This document shows positions 19,601 through 34,600 of a stretch of 64,000 nucleotides of DNA, in pieces (positions within the stretch are counted from its first letter, which is position 1; the number at the start of each line of letters is the position of its first letter). A program made the translations under genes and the position numbers. The stretch is from positions 1,056,001 to 1,120,000 of the forward strand of contig CBDESU010000001.1 of NCBI GenBank assembly GCA_965242695.1, written 5' to 3'. The notes under the pieces were generated by a model that was given only the letters and a program-made list of their open reading frames with translations, was not told the DNA's origin and did no database searches. The DNA is from Cenarchaeum sp. GTDB lineage: Archaea; Thermoproteota; Nitrososphaeria; Nitrososphaerales; Nitrosopumilaceae.

Positions 19601-22600
19601 ATTCCGACCACACCTGCCTAGAGTGCGGCATCGCTTCAATGGGGCCGCAACTTGACAGTTGCGGAAGGGGGGAGCGGATCGGCCGAATCATGCAAACAGA
19701 GGCGGGCTTCAATGGGGCCGCAACTTGACAGTTGCGGAAGGCACCTGCCGTCCCGCGAGATACCCGCCGCCGACGCCGCTTCAATGGGGCCGCAACTTGA
19801 CAGTTGCGGAAGGACGGTCCTGCCGTGGGTGCTTATCGTGGTGGCGTAGCTTCAATGGGGCCGCAACTTGACAGTTGCGGAAGGCCGGCCTCACCTGCCG
19901 CAACGACATCATCTGGCGGCTTCAATGGGGCCGCAACTTGACAGTTGCGGAAGGCGGCGGCCCTGTCCGTGTACCCGGCGAATTCGTCAATGCTTCAATG
20001 GGGCCGCAACTTGACAGTTGCGGAAGGGGGGACGTCGCAGGCAGGCAAGGCATGGAGGCGCAAGCTTCAATGGGGCCGCAACTTGACAGTTGCGGAAGGC
20101 TCCATACAGAAGGGCGGAATCAAGCGGGCTATAAGCTTCAATGGGGCCGCAACTTGACAGTTGCGGAAGGTCTCGCAGAATGTCATTGCCGCGCCGTTCG
20201 GTGTCAGCTTCAATGGGGCCGCAACTTGACAGTTGCGGAAGGTTATAAGGCCCCGCGCACGGCGCCCCCCTGATGACGGCTTCAATGGGGCCGCAACTTG
20301 ACAGTTGCGGAAGGCCAGCACGGCCACGGCCAACACGGCAATGACACCCGCTTCAATGGGGCCGCAACTTGACAGTTGCGGAAGGCACTATGTAGCGCGT
20401 CATGCGGCGGCCCCGATTCATGCTTCAATGGGGCCGCAACTTGACAGTTGCGGAAGGCCGTGTCTTTGGCTTCGCCGTCATCCCAAGCGTGGCTTCAATG
20501 GGGCCGCAACTTGACAGTTGCGGAAGGCGTATCAGTAGAGTCTCGGCAGGGACGTTCCGAGGGGCTTCAATGGGGCCGCAACTTGACAGTTGCGGAAGGT
20601 TCAGTCAACTCGTTCTTTATCGGCGAAATCCGCCAAAGCTTCAATGGGGCCGCAACTTGACAGTTGCGGAAGGGTCGGCGCTTATTGTGGATACTGAAAA
20701 GACGGGCAGGCTTCAATGGGGCCGCAACTTGACAGTTGCGGAAGGATGCATGGTTTGCGCCGCTAATAGATCCTATGGTGGCTTCAATGGGGCCGCAACT
20801 TGACAGTTGCGGAAGGCGCCGCCCGCCGGAGACGAAGGTCTTGCGGACAATTCGCTTCAATGGGGCCGCAACTTGACAGTTGCGGAAGGCCGCAAACTCA
20901 AACTTCTGCCCCTTGCGGGAAACGTTGCTTCAATGGGGCCGCAACTTGACAGTTGCGGAAGGCGCCCTAAAGCCGGCCGGCAACTACGTGCTAGTGATGC
21001 TTCAATGGGGCCGCAACTTGACAGTTGCGGAAGGGGCTCGCGCCGGCCGCTAAAGAGGCGGGCGTGGTGAGCTTCAATGGGGCCGCAACTTGACAGTTGC
21101 GGAAGGCGCCCGCCCGTGCATGGGGGACAAGCATACGGCGATGCTTCAATGGGGCCGCAACTTGACAGTTGCGGAAGGCGCCGCGTCGGCCGTCACGGAG
21201 ATGCGCCACGACGGCTTCAATGGGGCCGCAACTTGACAGTTGCGGAAGGCCGAGTACGTTTCCCATGCGAGGCACCCGACGAGGATGCTTCAATGGGGCC
21301 GCAACTTGACAGTTGCGGAAGGCGTCAAAAGCGGCGCCCGGATCCCTGATTTGCGAGGGGCTTCAATGGGGCCGCAACTTGACAGTTGCGGAAGGCGTAT
21401 CAGTAGAGTCTCGGCAGGGACGTTCCGAGGGGCTTCAATGGGGCCGCAACTTGACAGTTGCGGAAGGTTCAGTCAACTCGTTCTTTATCGGCGAAATCCG
21501 CCAAAGCTTCAATGGGGCCGCAACTTGACAGTTGCGGAAGGGTCGGCGCTTATTGTGGATACTGAAAAGACGGGCAGGCTTCAATGGGGCCGCAACTTGA
21601 CAGTTGCGGAAGGATGCATGGTTTGCGCCGCTAATAGATCCTATGGTGGCTTCAATGGGGCCGCAACTTGACAGTTGCGGAAGGCGCCGCCCGCCGGAGA
21701 CGAAGGTCTTGCGGACAATTCGCTTCAATGGGGCCGCAACTTGACAGTTGCGGAAGGCCGCAAACTCAAACTTCTGCCCCTTGCGGGAAACGTTGCTTCA
21801 ATGGGGCCGCAACTTGACAGTTGCGGAAGGCGCCCTAAAGCCGGCCGGCAACTACGTGCTAGTGATGCTTCAATGGGGCCGCAACTTGACAGTTGCGGAA
21901 GGACCCATCGACGATGGGCTTCAGGGCGAAGACTGGCTTGCTTCAATGGGGCCGCAACTTGACAGTTGCGGAAGGTGGCATACCGTCTTTTCGCCCGTCG
22001 TCGCTTGCGGCGCTTCAATGGGGCCGCAACTTGACAGTTGCGGAAGGCAAAGTCCTTCTCCCCGAAGACGTCAAAGTACTGATCGCGGCTTCAATGGGGC
22101 CGCAACTTGACAGTTGCGGAAGGATCAACCAAGTTCCCGCCCGCTCGATAGACCTTTGCGCTTCAATGGGGCCGCAACTTGACAGTTGCGGAAGGCTGCT
22201 ACCTCGCGTTCCGCAAGTTCGGCGAGCCGTCGCTTCAATGGGGCCGCAACTTGACAGTTGCGGAAGGTGACTGGGTACAACGCGGGGGGATCGACCGATG
22301 CGGAGCTTCAATGGGGCCGCAACTTGACAGTTGCGGAAGGACGTCCCGGTGGCGCCCAGGTCATACAGGGGGCGGACAGCTTCAATGGGGCCGCAACTTG
22401 ACAGTTGCGGAAGGTCGAATGGCGGAGGCCCCGATCGTCAACTTTGCCCTGCTTCAATGGGGCCGCAACTTGACAGTTGCGGAAGGCTCCTAGACGCCAT
22501 CCAGGCCATCCGCATCGCCACGCTTCAATGGGGCCGCAACTTGACAGTTGCGGAAGGTACACGAAGTCCGCAGGGACGGAACGGGCCTCTTCAGCTTCAA

Positions 22601-25600
22601 TGGGGCCGCAACTTGACAGTTGCGGAAGGCGCCGAGTACCCGCACCGCCGCCGCCGCCAGAAAACCCAGCTTCAATGGGGCCGCAACTTGACAGTTGCGG
22701 AAGGCGTCATGTACGGGTTTTCGGGCGTGGCGAACAGGTCGCTTCAATGGGGCCGCAACTTGACAGTTGCGGAAGGACGGGAAATGACGGCGGAGCAGAA
22801 GGCGGAAAACGCTTCAATGGGGCCGCAACTTGACAGTTGCGGAAGGCGCGCAGGTGTCCGGCGCCGAGTGGGAGCGGGCCAAGCTTCAATGGGGCCACAA
22901 CTTGACAGTTGCGGAAGGCCGCGCCTTGAACGCCTTGCTTGTACCTTGCCGGAAGCTTCAATGGGGCCGCAACTTGACAGTTGCGGAAGGACCAGTCGCA
23001 GTATTCGGAGGGGGGCGGACCGCCGGCTTCAATGGGGCCGCAACTTGACAGTTGCGGAAGGGCGCGTGGGGAGGTGAAGGCAACGCCGAAGATCTGAGCT
23101 TCAATGGGGCCGCAACTTGACAGTTGCGGAAGGCGCCGCCGGCGAGAGGCGCGAGGGCGCGGGCAGCGCTTCAATGGGGCCGCAACTTGACAGTTGCGGA
23201 AGGGGCGCAAGGCCGAGGGCGTCCGGCGGTACAAGGACGCTTCAATGGGGCCGCAACTTGACAGTTGCGGAAGGCCGTGCTCGGCCGCGCCGGCACGTTT
23301 CGATACGACGTGCTTCAATGGGGCCGCAACTTGACAGTTGCGGAAGGGTCGGATTTGCGCCCGACGAGTTGATTTGCGCATGCTTCAATGGGGCCGCAAC
23401 TTGACAGTTGCGGAAGGGCGGGCGTCGTCGGCAGGGGCGTTGGCGGACCGGGCTAGCTTCAATGGGGCCGCAACTTGACAGTTGCGGAAGGACGAATCCG
23501 CGGCGGAGCCTGACGAGGGGCCTGCGGAGCTTCAATGGGGCCGCAACTTGACAGTTGCGGAAGGATCGTCGGGGTTGACCCAGCGGCCGGACTCCTCGTC
23601 GCTTCAATGGGGCCGCAACTTGACAGTTGCGGAAGGCTGCGCGAGTTCCTAACGGCGCTCGGCGTCGACACCGGCTTCAATGGGGCCGCAACTTGACAGT
23701 TGCGGAAGGGGCCTTTCCGAACAACCAGAACCAAAGTCAGGCCATGCTTCAATGGGGCCGCAACTTGACAGTTGCGGAAGGCGTCCCGTCGTACAACGCG
23801 CAGACGGGCGCCAACCTCGAGCTTCAATGGGGCCGCAACTTGACAGTTGCGGAAGGCGTCCCGTCGTACAACGCGCAGACGGGCGCCAACCTCGAGCTTC
23901 AATGGGGCCGCAACTTGACAGTTGCGGAAGGCCTTGAGCGCGCCGACGATCGCGATGGCGGTGGCGTCGCTTCAATGGGGCCGCAACTTGACAGTTGCGG
24001 AAGGGGGCTGCACATGCTCGGCGGCGTATTTCAGATTCAGCTTCAATGGGGCCGCAACTTGACAGTTGCGGAAGGTGCGCGGCCGGGATTCGCTGTGGCA
24101 GTGTATGTGCGCTTCAATGGGGCCGCAACTTGACAGTTGCGGAAGGACCCGTCCGCGAGCGTCGCGGCCCTCGCCGACGCGCAGCTTCAATGGGGCCGCA
24201 ACTTGACAGTTGCGGAAGGTCGGCGGCCGTGCGATCGCCGTCCTTTGCGCTCGCGCTTCAATGGGGCCGCAACTTGACAGTTGCGGAAGGCCCTAACATA
24301 CTCGCATTGAGGGGCCTGCCGTTTATCGCTTCAATGGGGCCGCAACTTGACAGTTGCGGAAGGGGTCGGACGATACGGCATTGGGTGCGAAATAGACCCA
24401 GCTTCAATGGGGCCGCAACTTGACAGTTGCGGAAGGCTACTACCATGCCTCCCTGTGCCTGCTGGCGCTGCTGCTTCAATGGGGCCGCAACTTGACAGTT
24501 GCGGAAGGCTCACCACCCCGCCTCCCGCACGCGAGCCCGACCCCGCTTCAATGGGGCCGCAACTTGACAGTTGCGGAAGGGCCGACACCGTGCTGGTGGC
24601 CGCCGCCCGCAGGGCCGCTTCAATGGGGCCGCAACTTGACAGTTGCGGAAGGATGTGGTTTCTGCGAAATCCAGAAACCGGAATCGAAGCTTCAATGGGG
24701 CCGCAACTTGACAGTTGCGGAAGGTCCGGCGGTATTCATCCCGCACGGCAATAAACTCCGCTTCAATGGGGCCGCAACTTGACAGTTGCGGAAGGTACCC
24801 TGCCGACGACTGGGATATCCCGCTCGCCCGGCTTCAATGGGGCCGCAACTTGACAGTTGCGGAAGGCCGATGATGGACCGCATCGTAGCAGAGGGCGGTG
24901 ACGCTTCAATGGGGCCGCAACTTGACAGTTGCGGAAGGACGTTGACCATGGTCTATGGCTCAAAAGACGGCGGCGCTTCAATGGGGCCGCAACTTGACAG
25001 TTGCGGAAGGCTGTATCCGGCTTGGTGCGGCCCCACTTGTACGGCTTGCTTCAATGGGGCCGCAACTTGACAGTTGCGGAAGGGGGGTCGTGCTGCTTCG
25101 AGGACGCCGACAACGGCTTGCTTCAATGGGGCCGCAACTTGACAGTTGCGGAAGGATGCCGCAGGGCGCCGGGCGGGGGGCCGCCGCGAGCCGCTTCAAT
25201 GGGGCCGCAACTTGACAGTTGCGGAAGGAAGATGCGGCGCGAGAAGGAGCGCAGGAAGATGGACGGCTTCAATGGGGCCGCAACTTGACAGTTGCGGAAG
25301 GAGGCAAAGTCAATACTCGATGCATACAAGGAATACAAGCTTCAATGGGGCCGCAACTTGACAGTTGCGGAAGGCGCAACGTCTGCCAGTACTGCAAGCG
25401 CGCCCGGCCGGCTTCAATGGGGCCGCAACTTGACAGTTGCGGAAGGCGCCACGCTCGACGCCGTACGCAAGTACGTCGATCCGCTTCAATGGGGCCGCAA
25501 CTTGACAGTTGCGGAAGGGTGCTGGTCGTCGTCCCAGATGGGCCGCTCGGATCCAGCTTCAATGGGGCCGCAACTTGACAGTTGCGGAAGGGCCTGCTCG

Positions 25601-28600
25601 TGCGGGATCGTCGCGGCGACGAACCGGCTTCAATGGGGCCGCAACTTGACAGTTGCGGAAGGTGGATCCGCCAGAGCCGCCCCCGAACAGGCCCGTGAAG
25701 CTTCAATGGGGCCGCAACTTGACAGTTGCGGAAGGTTCGGCGCGGGCAGCCGGCAGGCGCCCGCCGAGGCCGCTTCAATGGGGCCGCAACTTGACAGTTG
25801 CGGAAGGACTTGGAGCGGCGGCGGCGGCCCCGGGAACACGAGCTTCAATGGGGCCGCAACTTGACAGTTGCGGAAGGTGGATGCCGACGGCTCCGCCGAT
25901 GCCCGCGCTGCCCAGGCTTCAATGGGGCCGCAACTTGACAGTTGCGGAAGGGGGTATAAAAGCATTTAGAATCAAAAATACTCTCGCTTCAATGGGGCCG
26001 CAACTTGACAGTTGCGGAAGGCCCGTCGCGTCGGCGGCCTGACGGCGCATGTCGACGCTTCAATGGGGCCGCAACTTGACAGTTGCGGAAGGTGCGTACC
26101 TTGACATATCGGGCGTGATTCTGCCGGGCTTCAATGGGGCCGCAACTTGACAGTTGCGGAAGGTCAACTCCTTTAGCTTTATGTCAACCAAAGTCCGCGC
26201 TTCAATGGGGCCGCAACTTGACAGTTGCGGAAGGTTGTTGGGACCGGGATATGGCTGCCCGCCGAGGGGCGCTTCAATGGGGCCGCAACTTGACAGTTGC
26301 GGAAGGGTGGGGGCGGAGTGCTCGCCGTACTCGGGCGAGGCCATGCTTCAATGGGGCCGCAACTTGACAGTTGCGGAAGGATACACGTCGGCCGTCGCCG
26401 CGACCGACGCCTTCGCTTCAATGGGGCCGCAACTTGACAGTTGCGGAAGGCGTGGACGTCACGCGCGGGGGCACCACCATCCCGCAGCTTCAATGGGGCC
26501 GCAACTTGACAGTTGCGGAAGGAGCATACGGCAGAGACCAGGGCCAAACTGTCCAAGATGCTTCAATGGGGCCGCAACTTGACAGTTGCGGAAGGCCGCA
26601 ACGCGACCACCGTAATAGAGGGCCACCAGCCGCTTCAATGGGGCCGCAACTTGACAGTTGCGGAAGGATATCTACAAGGCGATAGATGACGTGGAAAAGC
26701 CAAAGCTTCAATGGGGCCGCAACTTGACAGTTGCGGAAGGCTGGGCCGACGACACCTCGTCCTGGTCGGAGTCGGTGCTTCAATGGGGCCGCAACTTGAC
26801 AGTTGCGGAAGGTCGTATAAGCACTGTGGGCAGGCAGGGCGGCGCGAGCTTCAATGGGGCCGCAACTTGACAGTTGCGGAAGGATGCGACGTCGGCGGCG
26901 TGGCGGGCGGCGAAGTCGGCGCTTCAATGGGGCCGCAACTTGACAGTTGCGGAAGGGATTGGAGTGCAGTGTGCGCAAATCGAAAACCGCCGCTTCAATG
27001 GGGCCGCAACTTGACAGTTGCGGAAGGGCCAAGGCCAGCCCGATAGACACGGCTACGCCTAGGCTTCAATGGGGCCGCAACTTGACAGTTGCGGAAGGAG
27101 TTTACTACCTCCGCCTTGACTACCGCCAAGTCCTGGCTTCAATGGGGCCGCAACTTGACAGTTGCGGAAGGTAGAAGGTTGCGCAGGGCCGAGTCGACGG
27201 CGGCGTCGCTTCAATGGGGCCGCAACTTGACAGTTGCGGAAGGTATGACGGAATACGTGGCCGCCTTCGAGGAGGAGGGCTTCAATGGGGCCGCAACTTG
27301 ACAGTTGCGGAAGGCCGTCGCGTGGAAGCGGGGCGTGACGGTCGACAGGGGCTTCAATGGGGCCACAACTTGACAGTTGCGGAAGGCGACACCGAATACC
27401 TGGGCGAGCCGCACCGCCGCCAGCTTCAATGGGGCCGCAACTTGACAGTTGCGGAAGGAGGGATCGCGGGCGCGGGCGCATTTCTTGCGGTGGCGCTTCA
27501 ATGGGGCCGCAACTTGACAGTTGCGGAAGGCGGCGAGGTGCGTGGCGCTAATGGCGGCGGCGGCGGGCTTCAATGGGGCCGCAACTTGACAGTTGCGGAA
27601 GGGCCGCCCCCCGCCAGCCCTCGCCCGAGCTGACAATGCTTCAATGGGGCCGCAACTTGACAGTTGCGGAAGGGCGTTGGGAAAACGATGAAGGCAAGGG
27701 TTCGGCCGAGCTTCAATGGGGCCGCAACTTGACAGTTGCGGAAGGGGCGCGGGCGGCGCGGGCGGCGGCGGTGCGGGCCGTCGCTTCAATGGGGCCGCAA
27801 CTTGACAGTTGCGGAAGGCAGCTCGAACACGTTTACTGCCAACGCGCATGCCGCGCTTCAATGGGGCCGCAACTTGACAGTTGCGGAAGGCCCGTCGCTC
27901 ATCCCACCATCCACCTCCCTTCCGCGCTTCAATGGGGCCGCAACTTGACAGTTGCGGAAGGCCTAGACTCGGCGTCCCGCGCCCCCGTGTCGGCGGGCTT
28001 CAATGGGGCCGCAACTTGACAGTTGCGGAAGGGCGATGCAGGACCGCCTGTGGTTCCGCGCACAGATGATGCTTCAATGGGGCCGCAACTTGACAGTTGC
28101 GGAAGGAGTCCCCGTGGGGCGGGCCGGACGATGCAACAAGGCTTCAATGGGGCCGCAACTTGACAGTTGCGGAAGGTCAACGAGACCAAGTTCGAGGCCT
28201 TTTCGGCCAGCGCTTCAATGGGGCCGCAACTTGACAGTTGCGGAAGGTACCTGCTATCCAACGCAGGAAGCGTGGCATGCACCGGCTTCAATGGGGCCGC
28301 AACTTGACAGTTGCGGAAGGTTGAATGGGGCGACAGGACGGATATGCGAACCGGCGCGCTTCAATGGGGCCGCAACTTGACAGTTGCGGAAGGAGGGCCG
28401 CGAGATAACGGCCGCGCAAAAGGCGGCCGGCTTCAATGGGGCCGCAACTTGACAGTTGCGGAAGGGACGACAAGACGTGACATGAGGGCGGCACGCCCGC
28501 GCTTCAATGGGGCCGCAACTTGACAGTTGCGGAAGGTCGGGTACGCATACGCGCCCGAAGGCGCGGCCCGCCCGCTTCAATGGGGCCGCAACTTGACAGT

Positions 28601-31600
28601 TGCGGAAGGTGGATAGAGAGAGAGACACTGTGGGTCCGCACCAAGCTTCAATGGGGCCGCAACTTGACAGTTGCGGAAGGCGATCCGTTTGGCATGAGTA
28701 GCGGCCCCACTTTTGGTAGCTTCAATGGGGCCGCAACTTGACAGTTGCGGAAGGAGGGGGCGCATCGGCCAAGCGCCGGCCCCGCCCGCGCTTCAATGGG
28801 GCCGCAACTTGACAGTTGCGGAAGGCTCCGCCGTCAGGCCCGGGGTCACGATCGTGCTGCCGGCTTCAATGGGGCCGCAACTTGACAGTTGCGGAAGGTG
28901 ACGGCCCGCTTGCAGGCGTTCCGAGTCGCTATCGCTTCAATGGGGCCGCAACTTGACAGTTGCGGAAGGCGGAGCGGGCGGGACGAGGCAAGCGAGGGGG
29001 ACGAGCTTCAATGGGGCCGCAACTTGACAGTTGCGGAAGGTTGGCGAGCGTGTTTGCCCCGTTTCCTATCCACGTGCTTCAATGGGGCCGCAACTTGACA
29101 GTTGCGGAAGGCCGCATCGTTCGCATTGTCGAAGAAGCAGAATCCGTGCTTCAATGGGGCCGCAACTTGACAGTTGCGGAAGGTTCAATGTCCCCCAACT
29201 CCGCGAGCCTATCATCCCAGCTTCAATGGGGCCGCAACTTGACAGTTGCGGAAGGCAGGCGCGCGACGATCGCGCCCTCTGGCTTGGCCTGGCTTCAATG
29301 GGGCCGCAACTTGACAGTTGCGGAAGGCGACCCGCACCACCTCATCCGGGGAGGCCAGCGTGGCTTCAATGGGGCCGCAACTTGACAGTTGCGGAAGGGC
29401 CTCGCGAGGGTTGTCTGCATCGACGTGGAGCGTGCTTCAATGGGGCCGCAACTTGACAGTTGCGGAAGGCGTGTACGATTCGATCGTCGGAAAGAACGCG
29501 GACGCTTCAATGGGGCCGCAACTTGACAGTTGCGGAAGGGGACGTCGCCCTTCGGCGAGCCGAACCAGCCCATAGCGCTTCAATGGGGCCGCAACTTGAC
29601 AGTTGCGGAAGGCGCGTAGAGATTTCCAATCTCATACAGCGCCTGCTGGAGCTTCAATGGGGCCGCAACTTGACAGTTGCGGAAGGAAGATGTATACCGG
29701 CGGACACGTGCAGATATGTTCGCTTCAATGGGGCCGCAACTTGACAGTTGCGGAAGGGTACGCCCGCGAGCGCGACGCGGCCGCCGCCCTAAAGCTTCAA
29801 TGGGGCCGCAACTTGACAGTTGCGGAAGGCACTACGACCGCGCCCTTCGAAACCAAGAGGCCGCGCTGCTTCAATGGGGCCGCAACTTGACAGTTGCGGA
29901 AGGCGAGTCTCTGGCGAATACCGGTGAAACGACGTCTGGCTTCAATGGGGCCGCAACTTGACAGTTGCGGAAGGAGCAACCCTCCCGGGTACGCGGCCGT
30001 CATTGTCCCGCTTCAATGGGGCCGCAACTTGACAGTTGCGGAAGGCCGTATAGACCAGGCCACCGCCGCCAGCATTATCCCGCTTCAATGGGGCCGCAAC
30101 TTGACAGTTGCGGAAGGCCGTCATGATCGCTGTATGGAGTGCAACTGCCCCAGCTTCAATGGGGCCGCAACTTGACAGTTGCGGAAGGACCGATCCGATC
30201 ACGGCCGCCGCCCCCACGGCGGCGCTTCAATGGGGCCGCAACTTGACAGTTGCGGAAGGCTCCACGTGCGCGAGGCTCGAACGGATCGCCGCAGAGCTTC
30301 AATGGGGCCGCAACTTGACAGTTGCGGAAGGCGGCGGGGGCCTGCTGCCCGAGGCGAGTGTACCGGCGCTTCAATGGGGCCGCAACTTGACAGTTGCGGA
30401 AGGCGCATGGTCGCCGGCGTGTGCATGATCTCGGGGCCCCTGCTTCAATGGGGCCGCAACTTGACAGTTGCGGAAGGCGTGCGCCGTGTGCGACGCCCCC
30501 GTCCTCTACAAGCTTCAATGGGGCCGCAACTTGACAGTTGCGGAAGGCCCGTCCTCGACGCAGATCGCCTCGATCAAACTCGTGCTTCAATGGGGCCGCA
30601 ACTTGACAGTTGCGGAAGGTTCAACATAGCGGGTGCTGCCGCCCTTCACCGCCTTGCTTCAATGGGGCCGCAACTTGACAGTTGCGGAAGGGGCCGACCT
30701 GGCCGCCCTGCTCCGCGGCACCGCAGAGCTTCAATGGGGCCGCAACTTGACAGTTGCGGAAGGGGGCCGGCGCAGAGTACAGCGCCGCCCAATGCAAGCT
30801 TCAATGGGGCCGCAACTTGACAGTTGCGGAAGGGGCTTGCGCCGCCCCTCGCCATAGCAGATTGGGCAGCTTCAATGGGGCCGCAACTTGACAGTTGCGG
30901 AAGGCACGCGACTGCCGTCGCCAACGTCCTCGAGTACATGCTTCAATGGGGCCGCAACTTGACAGTTGCGGAAGGGCAGGGCCCATTCAGGGTCAAAGCC
31001 ACTGTCGTCGCTTCAATGGGGCCGCAACTTGACAGTTGCGGAAGGTGGTTATCGGCCCGCCGGCGGCGTGTACGGGCTGTCGCTTCAATGGGGCCGCAAC
31101 TTGACAGTTGCGGAAGGAATTGCCTGCGCCGTCTTAACCCGCCGGCCATTGGGCTTCAATGGGGCCGCAACTTGACAGTTGCGGAAGGAGACACAGCAGG
31201 CGATCGATGCCTGCGAGCAGGCATGCTTCAATGGGGCCGCAACTTGACAGTTGCGGAAGGTCTTGAACCGCTCGCTTACTTCAACGGCGCGGCCGGCTTC
31301 AATGGGGCCGCAACTTGACAGTTGCGGAAGGATCCCACTCGGGCCGCTCCTGCGCCCATATGGGCCGCTTCAATGGGGCCGCAACTTGACAGTTGCGGAA
31401 GGCAGTGCAACGTGGGTAATACCAGGCAGAAGGGGGCAGCTTCAATGGGGCCGCAACTTGACAGTTGCGGAAGGCTGGGGCCGAGCATGGGCCCGAGGTA
31501 CTTGACGAGCTTCAATGGGGCCGCAACTTGACAGTTGCGGAAGGAACAAGTACGCTGTTGTCGTCGGGAACCATTGTCAAAGCTTCAATGGGGCCGCAAC

Positions 31601-34600
31601 TTGACAGTTGCGGAAGGGTCAATCCCCCGCCTTCCCCAGGTGCCTCAATGCCAGCTTCAATGGGGCCGCAACTTGACAGTTGCGGAAGGGCCGCCCCCTT
31701 AGCTCTGGTCCCGCGGGATGCGCCAGCTTCAATGGGGCCGCAACTTGACAGTTGCGGAAGGTCATCGATCTGCTTTATTTCGGGGTTGTTTTTCTTGCTT
31801 CAATGGGGCCGCAACTTGACAGTTGCGGAAGGGCTCGTTGGCCGCCACGGTGAGCTCGGCTTCTTGTCTGCTTCAATGGGGCCGCAACTTGACAGTTGCG
31901 GAAGGCGCGGGCAGCTGGCCCCAGAGCCACGCCTGACGCTGCTTCAATGGGGCCGCAACTTGACAGTTGCGGAAGGCCGCCGTCCGCGTCGAGGTCGCGC
32001 GCCCCGGGGCCGCTTCAATGGGGCCGCAACTTGACAGTTGCGGAAGGATGTCCGGAAAACCGACCAAGCCCTGGCCGCCTTAGCTTCAATGGGGCCGCAA
32101 CTTGACAGTTGCGGAAGGAACAAGAACGGGGAACTGGAGCCGGAGACGATGCTGGCTTCAATGGGGCCGCAACTTGACAGTTGCGGAAGGATTGTCGCTT
32201 CCACGCTCCACGCAAAAAGGCCCGGGCTTCAATGGGGCCGCAACTTGACAGTTGCGGAAGGTGGAAGAGTTGGGTACCCAGTTCTTCGACTACATGGAGC
32301 TTCAATGGGGCCGCAACTTGACAGTTGCGGAAGGTACCGCCATTCAGCACGGCCCCGAAGTATTTGAATATGCTTCAATGGGGCCGCAACTTGACAGTTG
32401 CGGAAGGTCCGTGTTGAGGGCGGTGCGCAGGTCGGCGGGCGGCTTCAATGGGGCCGCAACTTGACAGTTGCGGAAGGTTGGCACTTTTCTCGAAATCCAA
32501 GATGACGCCTCGCGGGGCTTCAATGGGGCCGCAACTTGACAGTTGCGGAAGGCCTGCGTGCGGGCCGTAGTGTCAAAGCGGGCCTCGGCTTCAATGGGGC
32601 CGCAACTTGACAGTTGCGGAAGGGGTCAACGCCCTGGTGGCATCGCTTCAGCAGGGCCAGGCTTCAATGGGGCCGCAACTTGACAGTTGCGGAAGGGATC
32701 GACGGCCTAGAGGGCGCGGCGCGGCGCCTCAGCTTCAATGGGGCCGCAACTTGACAGTTGCGGAAGGCAGGCGGAGTGCCTGCCGCCTGTCCCCATCTTC
32801 AGATTGCTTCAATGGGGCCGCAACTTGACAGTTGCGGAAGGCGCGTACCGCGCTATCTACGGGCGCCCGCACCCTGGCGCTTCAATGGGGCCGCAACTTG
32901 ACAGTTGCGGAAGGCAGTAGCGGCCACTCGTGCGATCCCCTGTCGGACGCTTCAATGGGGCCGCAACTTGACAGTTGCGGAAGGTCGGAATCATGGCGGC
33001 CACAAACGGCAAGCTCGCAGCTTCAATGGGGCCGCAACTTGACAGTTGCGGAAGGGAGTAGCGGACGGTAGAGGCGTAGCAGTTGATCACGCTTCAATGG
33101 GGCCGCAACTTGACAGTTGCGGAAGGAGTATGAGCTCGTCACGCAGGCGTATCATCGAGTCGTGCTTCAATGGGGCCGCAACTTGACAGTTGCGGAAGGC
33201 GGACCGTCTCACGGGGCGCCGCTGGCTTACTGTCTTGCTTCAATGGGGCCGCAACTTGACAGTTGCGGAAGGCAAAGAGAGCTGCGCGCAAAGGTGCAAA
33301 GCCATACGCTTCAATGGGGCCGCAACTTGACAGTTGCGGAAGGCGGCTACAAAGCCGTCCAAAAAGCCGGCAAGTATCGGCTTCAATGGGGCCGCAACTT
33401 GACAGTTGCGGAAGGCCATGACGATACGGCGGATGTGGTTTGACCGCGGGCTTCAATGGGGCCGCAACTTGACAGTTGCGGAAGGCGGCGGCGGTGCGAT
33501 GCGCACGGCCCGGCTCGCCGCTTCAATGGGGCCGCAACTTGACAGTTGCGGAAGGTGCTCGCGCTAGTCTCTACCGTGGGGATCGGCGCAAGCTTCAATG
33601 GGGCCGCAACTTGACAGTTGCGGAAGGCGGCGGCAGTCGTCATGGCTGCGGCACCACCATGGTGCTTCAATGGGGCCGCAACTTGACAGTTGCGGAAGGC
33701 ATGGGACAATGCAAGCCAAGTAGCGGACGAGTGGCTTCAATGGGGCCGCAACTTGACAGTTGCGGAAGGCGGCCCTGCGCCGGGCTACCAGGCCGACGCG
33801 GTCCGGCTTCAATGGGGCCGCAACTTGACAGTTGCGGAAGGAGCCTAGCGATCACTGCGCGCGTGTCGGCAAGCGCGTGCTTCAATGGGGCCGCAACTTG
33901 ACAGTTGCGGAAGGCCGATCCCGCGAGCAGGCCGCCCGCGAGGCCGCAGAGCTTCAATGGGGCCGCAACTTGACAGTTGCGGAAGGGGCGGGCAGCCACT
34001 CGCCGGCGTGCCGCCACCTCGCTTCAATGGGGCCGCAACTTGACAGTTGCGGAAGGCTCAACGAGACCAAGTTCGAGGCGTTCGCCGCCTCTGCTTCAAT
34101 GGGGCCGCAACTTGACAGTTGCGGAAGGCTCGGCGAGGCCAACGCCCCGGGCAACCGCCTCGCGCCGCTTCAATGGGGCCGCAACTTGACAGTTGCGGAA
34201 GGACGGGGCAGGGTACGGCGTCCGGCGCCCAGGACCAGCAGCTTCAATGGGGCCGCAACTTGACAGTTGCGGAAGGCGTCCGCGCCCTGGTCGGGCTTGA
34301 TCTAATACGGGCTTCAATGGGGCCGCAACTTGACAGTTGCGGAAGGGCCTTGATGTATGCTCGCGCGTCCTACCGATTGTGGCTTCAATGGGGCCGCAAC
34401 TTGACAGTTGCGGAAGGCCCGGGCGGGACATGTCCCCAAAGCAGATCGCGCAGGCTTCAATGGGGCCGCAACTTGACAGTTGCGGAAGGGGCAACGTGCA
34501 GGAGCGCCTGCTCGAGATGACCCCGCTTCAATGGGGCCGCAACTTGACAGTTGCGGAAGGTGGCGGCGGGCCAACGTGTACGTCCGTCCCTCTGCCTTGC

